From positions 35,674 to 99,673 of the IMG/VR virus record IMGVR_UViG_3300020174_000004: DNA of 64,000 nucleotides; one strand, 5' to 3'. Source of the DNA: a virus. Of this stretch, positions 41,106 through 50,490 are shown piece after piece (the first letter of the stretch is position 1; every line of letters begins with the position of its first letter). The notes under the pieces were generated by a model. The model saw only the letters and a list, made by a program, of their open reading frames with translations. It had not been told where the DNA came from and searched no databases. The translations under genes were made by a program, and so were the position numbers.

Positions 41106-41543
41106 ATGACTCTTGAAGAAATATTAGAATCTTGGGAACAAGATTGTATAGTTGATAAAACTGAACTAGCTGAAGAAGCTTTAAAAATTCCAAATTTACA
41201 TAGTAAATATCTTAGAATTTTAAGCACTGAAAAGCTTAAGTTAAAGAAACTCGAATCTGAATATAAAATTCTTAAACTTGAAAAATATGAATTTTATACT
41301 CAAGGACACACTGAAGATACAATGAAAAAAGGCTGGCAACTCCCAGCAAAAGGAATGATTCTTAAAGCAGATATTCCAATGTATATGGAAGCTGATGAAG
41401 ATATAATTAATTCAACTCTTAAAATTTCATATCAAAACGAAAAAATAGAAGCATTAGATACTATAATTAGATCAGTAATGAATCGTGGTTATCATATTAA
41501 ATCTGCAATAGATTGGAATAAATTTATTATGGGAGCAAACTAA
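41106..41543 (+). CDS. uvsY: Recombination mediator UvsY
   Basis: IPNLHSKYL; YMEADEDI; RGYHIKSAIDW. Confidence 0.9.
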   Translation: MTLEEILESWEQDCIVDKTELAEEALKIPNLHSKYLRILSTEKLKLKKLESEYKILKLEKYEFYTQGHTEDTMKKGWQLPAKGMILKADIPMYMEADEDIINSTLKISYQNEKIEALDTIIRSVMNRGYHIKSAIDWNKFIMGAN

Positions 41544-42986
41544 TTGGAAACAGTTTACGTCTCAAAATTTGATGAAACTTATAATAAAATATCTTGTGAG
41601 GTTAGTACTGCCCATGAGTTATCCGAGTACTTTACTTTTTTTGTACCTGGATATAAGTTTATGCCAGCATATAGAAACAAATTTTGGGATGGTAAAATAC
41701 GTTTATTTAATAAAATGAATGGATTATTATATGCTGGTTTAAATGAATATGTTGAAAAATTTTGTAAAGAAAGAGGATATCTATTAGATTATTCTGATGA
41801 ATTTACAGCAATAGAATTTTCTTTAAAAGAAGCAAAAGAATTTTTAGATAAATTAAACCTTAAGATATATCCAAGAGATTATCAAATTGAAGCATTTACT
41901 CATGCTGTTAGAAATAGAAGAGCTCTTTTATTATCACCAACAGCTTCTGGTAAATCATTAATTATTTACATATTAAATCGTTTATATAATGCTAAAACAT
42001 TAATAGTAGTTCCAGTAACATCTCTTGTACATCAGTTATCTTCTGACTTTGAAGATTATGGATATGATTCTAAAAGACATGTACATAAAATATTTTCTGG
42101 GCAAGAAAAAAATACAGATAAACTAGTAACAATATCTACATGGCAAAGTATATATAAAATGCCAAAAGATTGGTTTTCTCAATTTGATGTAGTTATTGGT
42201 GATGAAGCTCATTTATTTAAAGCCAAATCACTTACATCAATTCTTGAAAAAATGAATCAATGCAAATATAGATTTGGGTTTACAGGAACATTGGATGGAA
42301 CTAACACTCATAAATTAGTACTAGAAGGATTATTTGGACCTATTAAAAAGGTTATAACTACAGCTGAATTAATTGAACAAAAACATTTATCAGATTTTAA
42401 AATTAAAGCGCTAATTTTATCATATCCTGATGAAATTAAACAAATGATGAAAAACTATTCATATCAGGATGAAATTGATTATATAGTATCTTGTTCCAAT
42501 AGGAATAATTTTATTAAAAATTTAGTTTTATCACTTGAAGGTAATTCTCTTTTACTATTTCAATTTGTTGAAAAACATGGTAGAATTCTAAATGATCTTT
42601 TAAAGAATAATGGTAAAGAAACATATTTTGTACATGGAGGCGTTGATGCAGAAGAAAGAGAAAATATTAGAAAGCTTGTTGAGCAAAATTCAAATACAAT
42701 TATCATCGCTTCATATGGAACTTTTAGTACAGGTATTAATATCAGGAATTTGCATAATGTTATATTTGCATCGCCTAGCAAATCAAGGATAAGAAACTTA
42801 CAATCAATTGGTAGAGGACTTAGAAGATCCGAAACAAAAACTGAAAGTACATTATATGATATAGCAGATGATATATCATGGAAATCTAGAAAAAATCATA
42901 CGCTTCTTCATTTTATTGAAAGAATGAAAATATACAATGAAGAAAAGTTTGATTATAAAATTTATAAGATTGGATTAAATATATGA
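41544..42986 (+). CDS. uvsW: DNA helicase UvsW
   Basis: WDGKIRL; SPTASGKS; DEAH; QSIGRGLR; TTG start. Confidence 0.95.
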   Translation: METVYVSKFDETYNKISCEVSTAHELSEYFTFFVPGYKFMPAYRNKFWDGKIRLFNKMNGLLYAGLNEYVEKFCKERGYLLDYSDEFTAIEFSLKEAKEFLDKLNLKIYPRDYQIEAFTHAVRNRRALLLSPTASGKSLIIYILNRLYNAKTLIVVPVTSLVHQLSSDFEDYGYDSKRHVHKIFSGQEKNTDKLVTISTWQSIYKMPKDWFSQFDVVIGDEAHLFKAKSLTSILEKMNQCKYRFGFTGTLDGTNTHKLVLEGLFGPIKKVITTAELIEQKHLSDFKIKALILSYPDEIKQMMKNYSYQDEIDYIVSCSNRNNFIKNLVLSLEGNSLLLFQFVEKHGRILNDLLKNNGKETYFVHGGVDAEERENIRKLVEQNSNTIIIASYGTFSTGINIRNLHNVIFASPSKSRIRNLQSIGRGLRRSETKTESTLYDIADDISWKSRKNHTLLHFIERMKIYNEEKFDYKIYKIGLNI

Positions 42987-43408
42987 GTGATCTACATGAA
43001 ATCAATGAGTTTGTACAAATAAAACTTTCTAATAATGAAGATATAATTACATATATGCTATTTGAAAATGAATTTTTCTTATGTGTTAGTGATCCTCTTC
43101 TAGTAGAAGAACATTATATGAATGGTGCAATTTCTTTAAATTTTTCAAGATATGATGTATATTCTTTAAGTCATGAGAACATTTATATTGACAAAAGACA
43201 AGTTGTGTTTTATAATTATGCATCAATGAATATTGTAAATTATTATTTAAAATTTAAAGAATACCTTGAAAAAATAGGTGATATTAAATTTAATCTATCA
43301 TTGGATAATTCAACTGAATCTTTAGACTCTTATATAAATCAACAATTTGATAAAAGTAAAAAGAAAAAAGTTAATATTTTAACACCAGTTAGTAACACGG
43401 CACATTAA
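42983..43408 (+). CDS. Conserved hypothetical protein between uvsW and gp55
   Basis: IKLSNNEDII N-terminus; conserved T4-like position. Confidence 0.6.
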   Translation: MSDLHEINEFVQIKLSNNEDIITYMLFENEFFLCVSDPLLVEEHYMNGAISLNFSRYDVYSLSHENIYIDKRQVVFYNYASMNIVNYYLKFKEYLEKIGDIKFNLSLDNSTESLDSYINQQFDKSKKKKVNILTPVSNTAH

Positions 43409-43409
43409 A

Positions 43410-43928
43410 ATGAGAAAAACAACACATTATGTAAATAACAAAACTTTATTTGAAACAATGAAAACATATAAAGAAAGTTATGATAAATCCAAAGAAAATA
43501 ATGAAGAACTCCCACGTATTCCGGAATATGTTGGTGAAAGCATTATGCTTATATGCAATAGATTGTCATATAAGCATAATTTTATTAATTACACATATAA
43601 AGAAGAAATGATATGTGATGGTATAGAAAATTGTTTGGCAGCAGTTAATAACTTTAAACCAGATAGATCTAATAATCCATTTGCATATTTTACACAAATT
43701 GCTTTTAATGCCTTTATTAGAAGAATTTCGAAAGAAAAAAAACAAACATATATAAAGCATAAAAATATGGAAAACATGTTTGTATTTGATGATTTATTAC
43801 ATGAATTTGGGCATGATGAAAATAACAATCTTTATGTTAGTAATAATAAGAATAATCATGTTGTTGAAGATTTTGAAAAAAAGTTGACAAAATCAAAGAA
43901 AAAGAATACTATTATTAGTGAGGCATAA
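43410..43928 (+). CDS. gp55: Late-transcription sigma factor gp55
   Basis: HYVNNK; NFINYTYKEEMICDGIENC; NPFAYFTQI..AFIRRI.KEKKQ. Confidence 0.92.
   Translation: MRKTTHYVNNKTLFETMKTYKESYDKSKENNEELPRIPEYVGESIMLICNRLSYKHNFINYTYKEEMICDGIENCLAAVNNFKPDRSNNPFAYFTQIAFNAFIRRISKEKKQTYIKHKNMENMFVFDDLLHEFGHDENNNLYVSNNKNNHVVEDFEKKLTKSKKKNTIISEA
43884..43912 (+). promoter_or_regulatory. Sigma70-type promoter inside the gp55 3' end
   Basis: TTGACA-17 nt-TACTAT. Confidence 0.5.
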
Positions 43929-43929
43929 A

Positions 43930-44130
43930 ATGAATTCTAATAGATTGCATTTAATACCAATCAATGTAGTTGATTTGGTAACAAAACTTACCGATTTAAA
44001 TATTGGCGAAAATGAAAAATTTAACTATATTATGAGGATTGAAGCTATTAAAGAATATTGTGATTATGCACTTAATAATCACAATACAGTCAAGAATCTC
44101 AATCTTAAAAAGAAAAAGATTATTAGATGA
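43930..44130 (+). CDS. Small hypothetical protein
   Basis: ATG right after gp55 stop; overlaps gp47 start. Confidence 0.6.
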   Translation: MNSNRLHLIPINVVDLVTKLTDLNIGENEKFNYIMRIEAIKEYCDYALNNHNTVKNLNLKKKKIIR

Positions 44131-45197
44131 AAATTGCTCTGATAACAGATACCCATTGGGGTGTTCGCAATGACAATGCTGCATTTCTTAATAATTCTAA
44201 GATTTTTCTTGATGATATATTTTTTCCTTATCTTGATAAAAACGGAATTGATACTGTCATACATCTTGGTGATATTGTTGATCGTCGTAAATACATTAAT
44301 ATAAACACAGCAAAAAGATTAAGAGAAGATTTTCTATTACCTTTAGTTAATAGAAATATTAAAGTTTATATTATTGCTGGTAATCATGATACTTACTATA
44401 AAAATACAAATGAAGTCAATGCTTTAAAAGAGTTAATTGATGATAATTATGCTGGTTTCACGATATATGAAACTGGTCCTAAAGAAGTATTTTTTGATGG
44501 ACTTCCAATACTTTTAATTCCATGGATATGCGATCAGAATAGAAAAGAAACATTAGAGATTATTAATGAAACAAAATGTCAGATTGCAATGGGACATCTC
44601 GAAATTCAAGGGTTTGAGATGTATCGAGGGTCTCCTGTTTCACATGGTGATGATTCCAGTTTATTTGATCGTTTTGATATGGTTATGTCTGGTCATTTTC
44701 ATCACCGTTCCAGTAATGGCCATATCTTTTATCTGGGTTCTCATGCTGAATTTACTTGGTCTGATTACGATGACCCGAGAGGATTCCACATCTTTGATAC
44801 AGAAACAAGAGAATTAACCTTTATACAAAATCCATATAAAATGTTTAAAAAGATTTGGTATGATGATTCATCTAAAAATTTAAATGAAATATTAGAAAAA
44901 GTTACGGATAATCTTAATAATTCAATAATAAAAATTATTGTAAAAACAAAAAACAATCCATACTGGTTTGATTTATTTGTTGATCGTATTGAAAAATTAA
45001 ATCCAATTGATTTACAAGTTGTAGAAGATCATTTAAATTTGAATTTAGAAGAAGATACAGATATCATTAATGAAGCAGAAGATACAATAACCATTTTTAG
45101 AAATTATATAGATCAACTAAATTCTGAATCTTTTAATAAAAAGAGATTACAAAACACAATGTTAAATTTATATAATGAAGCAATGAGTCTAGGATGA
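44127..45197 (+). CDS. gp47: Recombination nuclease subunit gp47 (Mre11/SbcD-like)
   Basis: DTHWG; LGD; GNHD; GHFH. Confidence 0.95.
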   Translation: MKIALITDTHWGVRNDNAAFLNNSKIFLDDIFFPYLDKNGIDTVIHLGDIVDRRKYININTAKRLREDFLLPLVNRNIKVYIIAGNHDTYYKNTNEVNALKELIDDNYAGFTIYETGPKEVFFDGLPILLIPWICDQNRKETLEIINETKCQIAMGHLEIQGFEMYRGSPVSHGDDSSLFDRFDMVMSGHFHHRSSNGHIFYLGSHAEFTWSDYDDPRGFHIFDTETRELTFIQNPYKMFKKIWYDDSSKNLNEILEKVTDNLNNSIIKIIVKTKNNPYWFDLFVDRIEKLNPIDLQVVEDHLNLNLEEDTDIINEAEDTITIFRNYIDQLNSESFNKKRLQNTMLNLYNEAMSLG

Positions 45198-46903
45198 TAT
45201 TATTTAAAAAATTGAGATGGAAAAACTTTTTATCAACTGGTAATGTTTTTACTGAAATTGATCTTAATAAAAGCAACGCAACCTTAATTGTTGGCGAAAA
45301 TGGTGCTGGAAAATCTACTATACTAGATGCTTTAACTTTTGCGCTTTTTAATAAACCATTTAGAAAAATTAATAAACCACAACTTATGAATTCTATAACA
45401 GAAAAAAATCTTGTTGTAGAAATTGAATTTTCTATTTCTAATAATGAATATAAAATTATTAGAGGAATTAAGCCTGGTATTTTTGAAGTCCATAAAAATG
45501 GATCTTTGTTAAATCAAAGTGCTGATAGTAAAGATTATCAAGAAATTTTAGAAAAGCAAATTCTAAAGATTAATTATAAATCATTTTGTCAAGTTGTTGT
45601 TCTTGGATCAGCATCATTTGTTCCATTTATGCAACTTCCTACTGGACAAAGAAGAGAAATAATCGAAGATTTATTAGATCTTCAAATTTTTACTACAATG
45701 AATTCTCTTTTAAAAGAAAAAGTTTCTACAAATAATAAATCTTTGCTTGTATGTGAAAATGATATAGAACTAATCAAAGAAAAAATTAATCTAGTTAAAG
45801 AACATATAATTGAGAAAAAACAAAATAACGAAAAGATTATTGATGAGAAAAAAAGTATACTTTTAGATACTTTAAAACAAACAGAAGATTATATGAATAA
45901 GATTTATGATATAAAGAAAAATATAGAATCTTTAAAAGAAAAGACAACTGATCTAGATAATTTTAATAAGAAGTTAAAAAAATTAACTTCTCTAAAACAT
46001 CAAATTGAAGCAAAACTTGATATACTTAATGGTGAAATTAAATTTTTTAATGAGCATGATAATTGTCCAACTTGTAAACAAGAAATTGATAACATATTTA
46101 AATGTGAAACTGTAGAAAATAAAAATATTGAGGTTAATGAAGTTGAATCTGGTTTAAGTCTTCTTATTGAACAATATAATGAAATTGAATCTAAAGTAAA
46201 AGAAATAATGAAATTAAATGAACAATTGAGTGAGTTGAATATGCAATCGCATATTTTAAATACAAAGATTGATTCATTAAATTCTTATCGTGAGCAATTA
46301 GAAAAAGAAATAAAGAATATTAAAAATACAAATAAAGAAGATGAAACTGATAAACTCAAACAACTCAATTCTAATCTTGAAGACTTTTCTTTACTTTTTA
46401 ATGAATTGCAAGAAGAAAGAAAGACATATGGATATGCATCAGCAATTTTAAAAGATGGCGGTATTAAATCTAAAATAGTAAAACAATATATTCCAGTAAT
46501 TAATAAACTTATTAATAAGTATCTTTCTTCAATGGAATTTATGTGTCATTTTGAATTAAATGAACAATTTGAAGAAACTATTAAGTCTAGATTTAGAGAT
46601 AAATTTAGTTACTCATCTTTTTCTGAAGGCGAAAAGATGAGAATTAATCTTGCAATTCTTTTTACTTGGAGAGCAGTATCAAAGCTAAGAAATTCAATTA
46701 ATACAAATCTTTTAATAATGGATGAGGTATTTGATTCTTCATTAGATTCAAATGGTACAGAAGAATTTATGAAAATACTAAATCAATTGACAAAGGATAC
46801 AAATACATTTATTATTAGTCATAAGACTGATCAACTATTTGAAAAATTTGAAAGTGTTTTAAAATTTGAAAAGATAAAAAACTTTAGTAGAATTGCAGCT
46901 TGA
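45194..46903 (+). CDS. gp46: Recombination ATPase subunit gp46 (Rad50/SbcC-like)
   Basis: GENGAGKS; CPTC hook; FSEGEK; DEVFDSSLD. Confidence 0.95.
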   Translation: MILFKKLRWKNFLSTGNVFTEIDLNKSNATLIVGENGAGKSTILDALTFALFNKPFRKINKPQLMNSITEKNLVVEIEFSISNNEYKIIRGIKPGIFEVHKNGSLLNQSADSKDYQEILEKQILKINYKSFCQVVVLGSASFVPFMQLPTGQRREIIEDLLDLQIFTTMNSLLKEKVSTNNKSLLVCENDIELIKEKINLVKEHIIEKKQNNEKIIDEKKSILLDTLKQTEDYMNKIYDIKKNIESLKEKTTDLDNFNKKLKKLTSLKHQIEAKLDILNGEIKFFNEHDNCPTCKQEIDNIFKCETVENKNIEVNEVESGLSLLIEQYNEIESKVKEIMKLNEQLSELNMQSHILNTKIDSLNSYREQLEKEIKNIKNTNKEDETDKLKQLNSNLEDFSLLFNELQEERKTYGYASAILKDGGIKSKIVKQYIPVINKLINKYLSSMEFMCHFELNEQFEETIKSRFRDKFSYSSFSEGEKMRINLAILFTWRAVSKLRNSINTNLLIMDEVFDSSLDSNGTEEFMKILNQLTKDTNTFIISHKTDQLFEKFESVLKFEKIKNFSRIAA

Positions 46904-46910
46904 GGTAAAG

Positions 46911-47387
46911 ATGTTTAATTTGATTGATAAGAATAGCCCTACATTAAGACAAAAGGCTGAGCAATTTGATTTTAATGATCCACCATTTGATCCAATTGAA
47001 TTTGCTCATAATATTGTAAAGTTTATGTATGATAATAATGCATTAGGAATTGCTGGTCCTCAAATAGGATTGTCTCAAAGAGTATTTGCTATGAGAGGAC
47101 ATCCTGAAAATTTTGTTTGCTTTAATCCAAGAATAATAGATTATGGAGAAAAACAAATATATCTAGAAGAAGGATGTTTAACTTTTCCAAATTTAGTTCT
47201 AAAAGTAAAAAGACCACAGAATATAAAAGTTAGATTTCAAATGCCAAATAGTGAAGTTGTAACTCATAAATTTTCTGGAATTACTGCTAGAATATTTCAG
47301 CATGAGTATGATCATCTTGAAGGAATTCTATTCACTTCGAGAGCAAATAGATACCATTTGGAAAAAGGCTTAAAGAAAGCCAGTTGA
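46911..47387 (+). CDS. def: Peptide deformylase
   Basis: GIAGPQIG, EGCLT, HEYDH motifs. Confidence 0.9.
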   Translation: MFNLIDKNSPTLRQKAEQFDFNDPPFDPIEFAHNIVKFMYDNNALGIAGPQIGLSQRVFAMRGHPENFVCFNPRIIDYGEKQIYLEEGCLTFPNLVLKVKRPQNIKVRFQMPNSEVVTHKFSGITARIFQHEYDHLEGILFTSRANRYHLEKGLKKAS

Positions 47388-47412
47388 CATGTTTGATTAT
47401 TTGAGATATAGT
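47384..47412 (+). promoter_or_regulatory. Sigma70-type promoter upstream of the nucleotide/DNA-modification genes
   Basis: TTGACA-17 nt-TATAGT. Confidence 0.5.
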
Positions 47413-47565
47413 AATATTCAAATAGCGTTGAATCTAAATCCGTTTCAATGGGGATTTATGATTGATTATAATGGACCTACACAAATGGATCCTGGTATGT
47501 ACTTTTTACATATAAAATGTATAATGGTACGTATATCTTTTATCATTGATAATGGAAGTTGGTAA
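47389..47565 (+). CDS. 58-aa hypothetical protein missed by the ORF track (MFDYLRYSN...FIIDNGSW)
   Basis: Open frame filling the gap; TAATG coupling to the next gene. Confidence 0.65.
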   Translation: MFDYLRYSNIQIALNLNPFQWGFMIDYNGPTQMDPGMYFLHIKCIMVRISFIIDNGSW

Positions 47566-48098
47566 TGAATATATTCTACATTGATGAAGATCCAATCCAA
47601 GCAGCGCAATGGATGGTTGACAAACATGTTGTGAAAATGATTCTAGAATCAGCACAACTATTATCAACTGCACATAGAATTTTAGATGGCCGAGAAGTTG
47701 AAGGTAAATCAAAGACTGGGCGTAAAGTTCGGCGATGGATTCTTGATGATTCTAGAGATGAAGTTATATATACAGCAACTCATATAAATCATCCATCGGC
47801 TGTTTGGTGTAGAGAATCAGTTGAAAACTATAACTGGCTTGTTGATCATTTCTTTGCTCTTATGCAAGAATATACACATAGGTATGAAAAAACTCATAAG
47901 TGTTTTGGCGATCTTAGTTATATGCTTCAATCACCACCAAATAATTTAAAAGAATGGGACTGGACTCCTATGCCATCAGCTATGGCAGATGAATACAAAA
48001 TATCAGATGATCCATTGACAAATTATAGAAACTATTATAAGATAGGTAAATCTAATATGCATAAGTGGACTAATCGAGAAAAACCGGAGTGGATATAA
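47565..48098 (+). CDS. Pyrimidine-dimer DNA glycosylase-like (DenV-fold) protein
   Basis: MNIFY...DKHVVKMILESAQLLSTAH; THINHPSAVW; YRNYY. Confidence 0.75.
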   Translation: MNIFYIDEDPIQAAQWMVDKHVVKMILESAQLLSTAHRILDGREVEGKSKTGRKVRRWILDDSRDEVIYTATHINHPSAVWCRESVENYNWLVDHFFALMQEYTHRYEKTHKCFGDLSYMLQSPPNNLKEWDWTPMPSAMADEYKISDDPLTNYRNYYKIGKSNMHKWTNREKPEWI

Positions 48099-48099
48099 A

Positions 48100-48498
48100 A
48101 TGGGATATAATTGGGTAAATGATATTGCAATAATGCATGAACATTATAATGTTCATCCTGTTATGGAAAAAATGGATAAAGAAAAGCTTAAAACTTTTCT
48201 TCAATTTAGGATTAATTTTCTCCAAGAAGAACTTGATGAGATGAAAACAGCAAAATCTGCTGAAGATGTTGTAGATGCTCTTATTGATTTATGTGTTGTA
48301 GCAATTGGAACACTTGATTGTTTTAAAGTAGATTCATATAAAGCATGGGATGAAGTTCTTAAGGCAAATATGAATAAAGAAGTTGGTGTTAAGCCAGAAC
48401 GTCCTAATCCTCTTGGTTTACCTGATCTTATTAAGCCACTGGGATGGGTAGCGCCTTCACATGAAAATAATCATGGAATTTTGACTAAGGTATTTTAA
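48100..48498 (+). CDS. All-alpha NTP pyrophosphatase (MazG/PRA-PH-like; candidate dCTPase/dUTPase)
   Basis: LQEELDE...DALIDL; ANMNK; DLIKP.GW..P. Confidence 0.75.
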   Translation: MGYNWVNDIAIMHEHYNVHPVMEKMDKEKLKTFLQFRINFLQEELDEMKTAKSAEDVVDALIDLCVVAIGTLDCFKVDSYKAWDEVLKANMNKEVGVKPERPNPLGLPDLIKPLGWVAPSHENNHGILTKVF

Positions 48499-48500
48499 TA

Positions 48501-48950
48501 ATGTTTGATACAAGATTCAATATTGGCAATATTGGTGAAGAAGTAGTTAATAACTTTTTTATTAATGCTATTAGATCAAAAGATTGGTATGATTCTAAAA
48601 AAGATGGTTGTATTGGTGATATGACTTATGAAGTGAAAACTTTTCGTCTTAATAATAAAACAAAAAGTTTTTGGGTTGGACAGAATAAAACACAAACCAT
48701 GTGGAACAAATTGGATAATGTAGATTTACTATTTTTTATAAAAATTCCAGAATCTAAAAATGAAAAATCTATATTATATTTAAGTACAGATCATAAAAAC
48801 TCTTGGAAAATGTTTTATAAAAATGATGGAACACCATGCAGAGGATATATGCTAAATAAGTGTTTACCTTTAACTGAAATTAGTATAGAATTATCTAATA
48901 TTCTGCTAGAAAACTCAAAAAGTATATCTAATCATAGGAGATTCTCATAA
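48501..48950 (+). CDS. PD-(D/E)XK nuclease-like protein
   Basis: GNIGEEVV helix followed by KD...YEVKT. Confidence 0.5.
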   Translation: MFDTRFNIGNIGEEVVNNFFINAIRSKDWYDSKKDGCIGDMTYEVKTFRLNNKTKSFWVGQNKTQTMWNKLDNVDLLFFIKIPESKNEKSILYLSTDHKNSWKMFYKNDGTPCRGYMLNKCLPLTEISIELSNILLENSKSISNHRRFS

Positions 48951-49294
48951 TGAGTGAAAAAGAATCAGTAAAAGTTCTTCAAGAGTGTATTGATTTACAG
49001 CTTAAGAAATCAAATGATTATCAGAATCCTAATTCTGTTATTAGACAGGCTGATTATTACCCAAATGGTTGCTTGACAATTCTTGATACCATGCATGGCA
49101 AAATTCTTAGAATGCGATCGGTAATGGACGCAATGGTTAATGATCCAGATTATAAGCCAAACTTTGAATCACTAGAAGATTCTGCAAAAGATCTTGTAAA
49201 CTATGCTTCATTCTTTGTTTCTTACTCTCGTGGTAAGATTGATGGCCAAAATACAGATCGTGATTTCTTGAATAGAAAGATAAAGAATGTTTAA
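48950..49294 (+). CDS. Nucleotide-modification-associated domain protein (Nmad1-like)
   Basis: KKSNDY...K..R...ESLEDS..DLVNY pattern. Confidence 0.65.
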   Translation: MSEKESVKVLQECIDLQLKKSNDYQNPNSVIRQADYYPNGCLTILDTMHGKILRMRSVMDAMVNDPDYKPNFESLEDSAKDLVNYASFFVSYSRGKIDGQNTDRDFLNRKIKNV

Positions 49295-49943
49295 TAGAAA
49301 TACAGTTGCTGATATTCGAGAAGAATTCAAAAGACTTCTTGATGAGAAGCAGTTTGTTACAGATAAAAGTGGTGTTAAGATAGTTGAAATACCTAATGCT
49401 TCTTTTATTGCTAATGAATCATGTATTTTTGGTACAGTTAATTATGATTATGTTTTACGTGAATTAAGTTGGTATTATTCAGAATCATTGAATGTAAATG
49501 ATATTCCAGGCGGTCCTCCAGCAGTTTGGAAACTAGTTGCTGATAAAGATGGATATATTAATTCCAATTATGGTTGGTGTATTTTTTCTCCAGAAAATTT
49601 TAGTCAGTATGATAAAGTTTTAAATGAACTTAAAACTTCACCAGAATCTCGCCGAGCAATTATGATTTATACTCGTCCAACTATGTGGTATGATTATAAT
49701 GATAATGGTCGTTCAGATTTTATGTGTACAAATGCTGTTCAGTATATGATTAGAAATAATAAACTTCAAACAATTGTTCAAATGAGATCCAATGATGTTA
49801 TCTTTGGATATAAAAATGATTTTGCCTGGCAAAATCAAATACATGAAAAACTTGCAGACGATCTTAATATTGAATATGGCGATATTCATTGGAATGTTGG
49901 TTCTTTACATGTTTATGAAAAACACTTTCATTTGGTAAAATAA
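49287..49943 (+). CDS. gp42: dCMP hydroxymethylase (gp42-like, thymidylate synthase fold)
   Basis: RELSWY; NSNYG; RRAIMIYTRP; DFMCTN (catalytic Cys); MRSNDVIFGYKNDFAWQ with Asp at the dCMP-specificity position; SLHVY. Confidence 0.85.
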   Translation: MFNRNTVADIREEFKRLLDEKQFVTDKSGVKIVEIPNASFIANESCIFGTVNYDYVLRELSWYYSESLNVNDIPGGPPAVWKLVADKDGYINSNYGWCIFSPENFSQYDKVLNELKTSPESRRAIMIYTRPTMWYDYNDNGRSDFMCTNAVQYMIRNNKLQTIVQMRSNDVIFGYKNDFAWQNQIHEKLADDLNIEYGDIHWNVGSLHVYEKHFHLVK

Positions 49944-50407
49944 TGCGAATAGGTTCAAGACCCATACATAAATGGGATTATCGATATTTGGAAATGGCTC
50001 AATTGATTTCTACATGGTCAAAAGATCCAAGTACAAAAGTGGGTTCTATAGTTGTTGGATCAAAAGGTCAAATATTAACCCAAGGATATAATGGGTTACC
50101 AAGAGGAATTCAAGATTCAAATGAAAGATTAAATGATAGACCAACAAAACTAAAATATGTAGTTCATTCAGAAATGAATTGCATATACAATGCCAGCTAT
50201 AATGGAGTTTCATTGGAAAATTCTACTTTATATGTTTATGGTCTTCCTGTATGTTCCGAATGTGCTAAAGGCGTTATTCAAGTAGGAATAAAAAGAGTAA
50301 TTATGTGTTATCCATCTAGTATTGATGATAGATGGAGAAATTCTTTTGAAGATACGGCTAATATGTTTGATGAAGCTGGAGTGAAATTTAATAATTATGA
50401 AAAGTAA
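49943..50407 (+). CDS. cd: dCMP deaminase
   Basis: WSKDPSTKVG; GYNG; HSE; PVCSEC. Confidence 0.9.
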   Translation: MRIGSRPIHKWDYRYLEMAQLISTWSKDPSTKVGSIVVGSKGQILTQGYNGLPRGIQDSNERLNDRPTKLKYVVHSEMNCIYNASYNGVSLENSTLYVYGLPVCSECAKGVIQVGIKRVIMCYPSSIDDRWRNSFEDTANMFDEAGVKFNNYEK

Positions 50408-50410
50408 ATC

Positions 50411-50458
50411 ACTAAATACACTGAGAGCTACTCTGGGCCCCCAGTCAAATTTCTCTCA
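50411..50458 (+). promoter_or_regulatory. Late-type promoter variant (ACTAAATA) plus nested hairpin leader upstream of MIPS
   Basis: tgagag/ctctca outer stem and ctgg/ccag inner stem. Confidence 0.35.
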
Positions 50459-50490
50459 TTAAAAAACTGATATAAAAGAAAGGGTAAAAA

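Noticed and set aside
29354-46903. Introns or inteins in terminase, portal, capsid, UvsW or gp46
   Set aside because: All are uninterrupted and of normal length.
49287-49943. Ordinary thymidylate synthase or dUMP hydroxymethylase
   Set aside because: Has Asp (KNDFAW) where dUMP-specific enzymes have Asn, and matches gp42-type motifs. A dCMP-modifying variant other than hydroxymethylation is not excluded.
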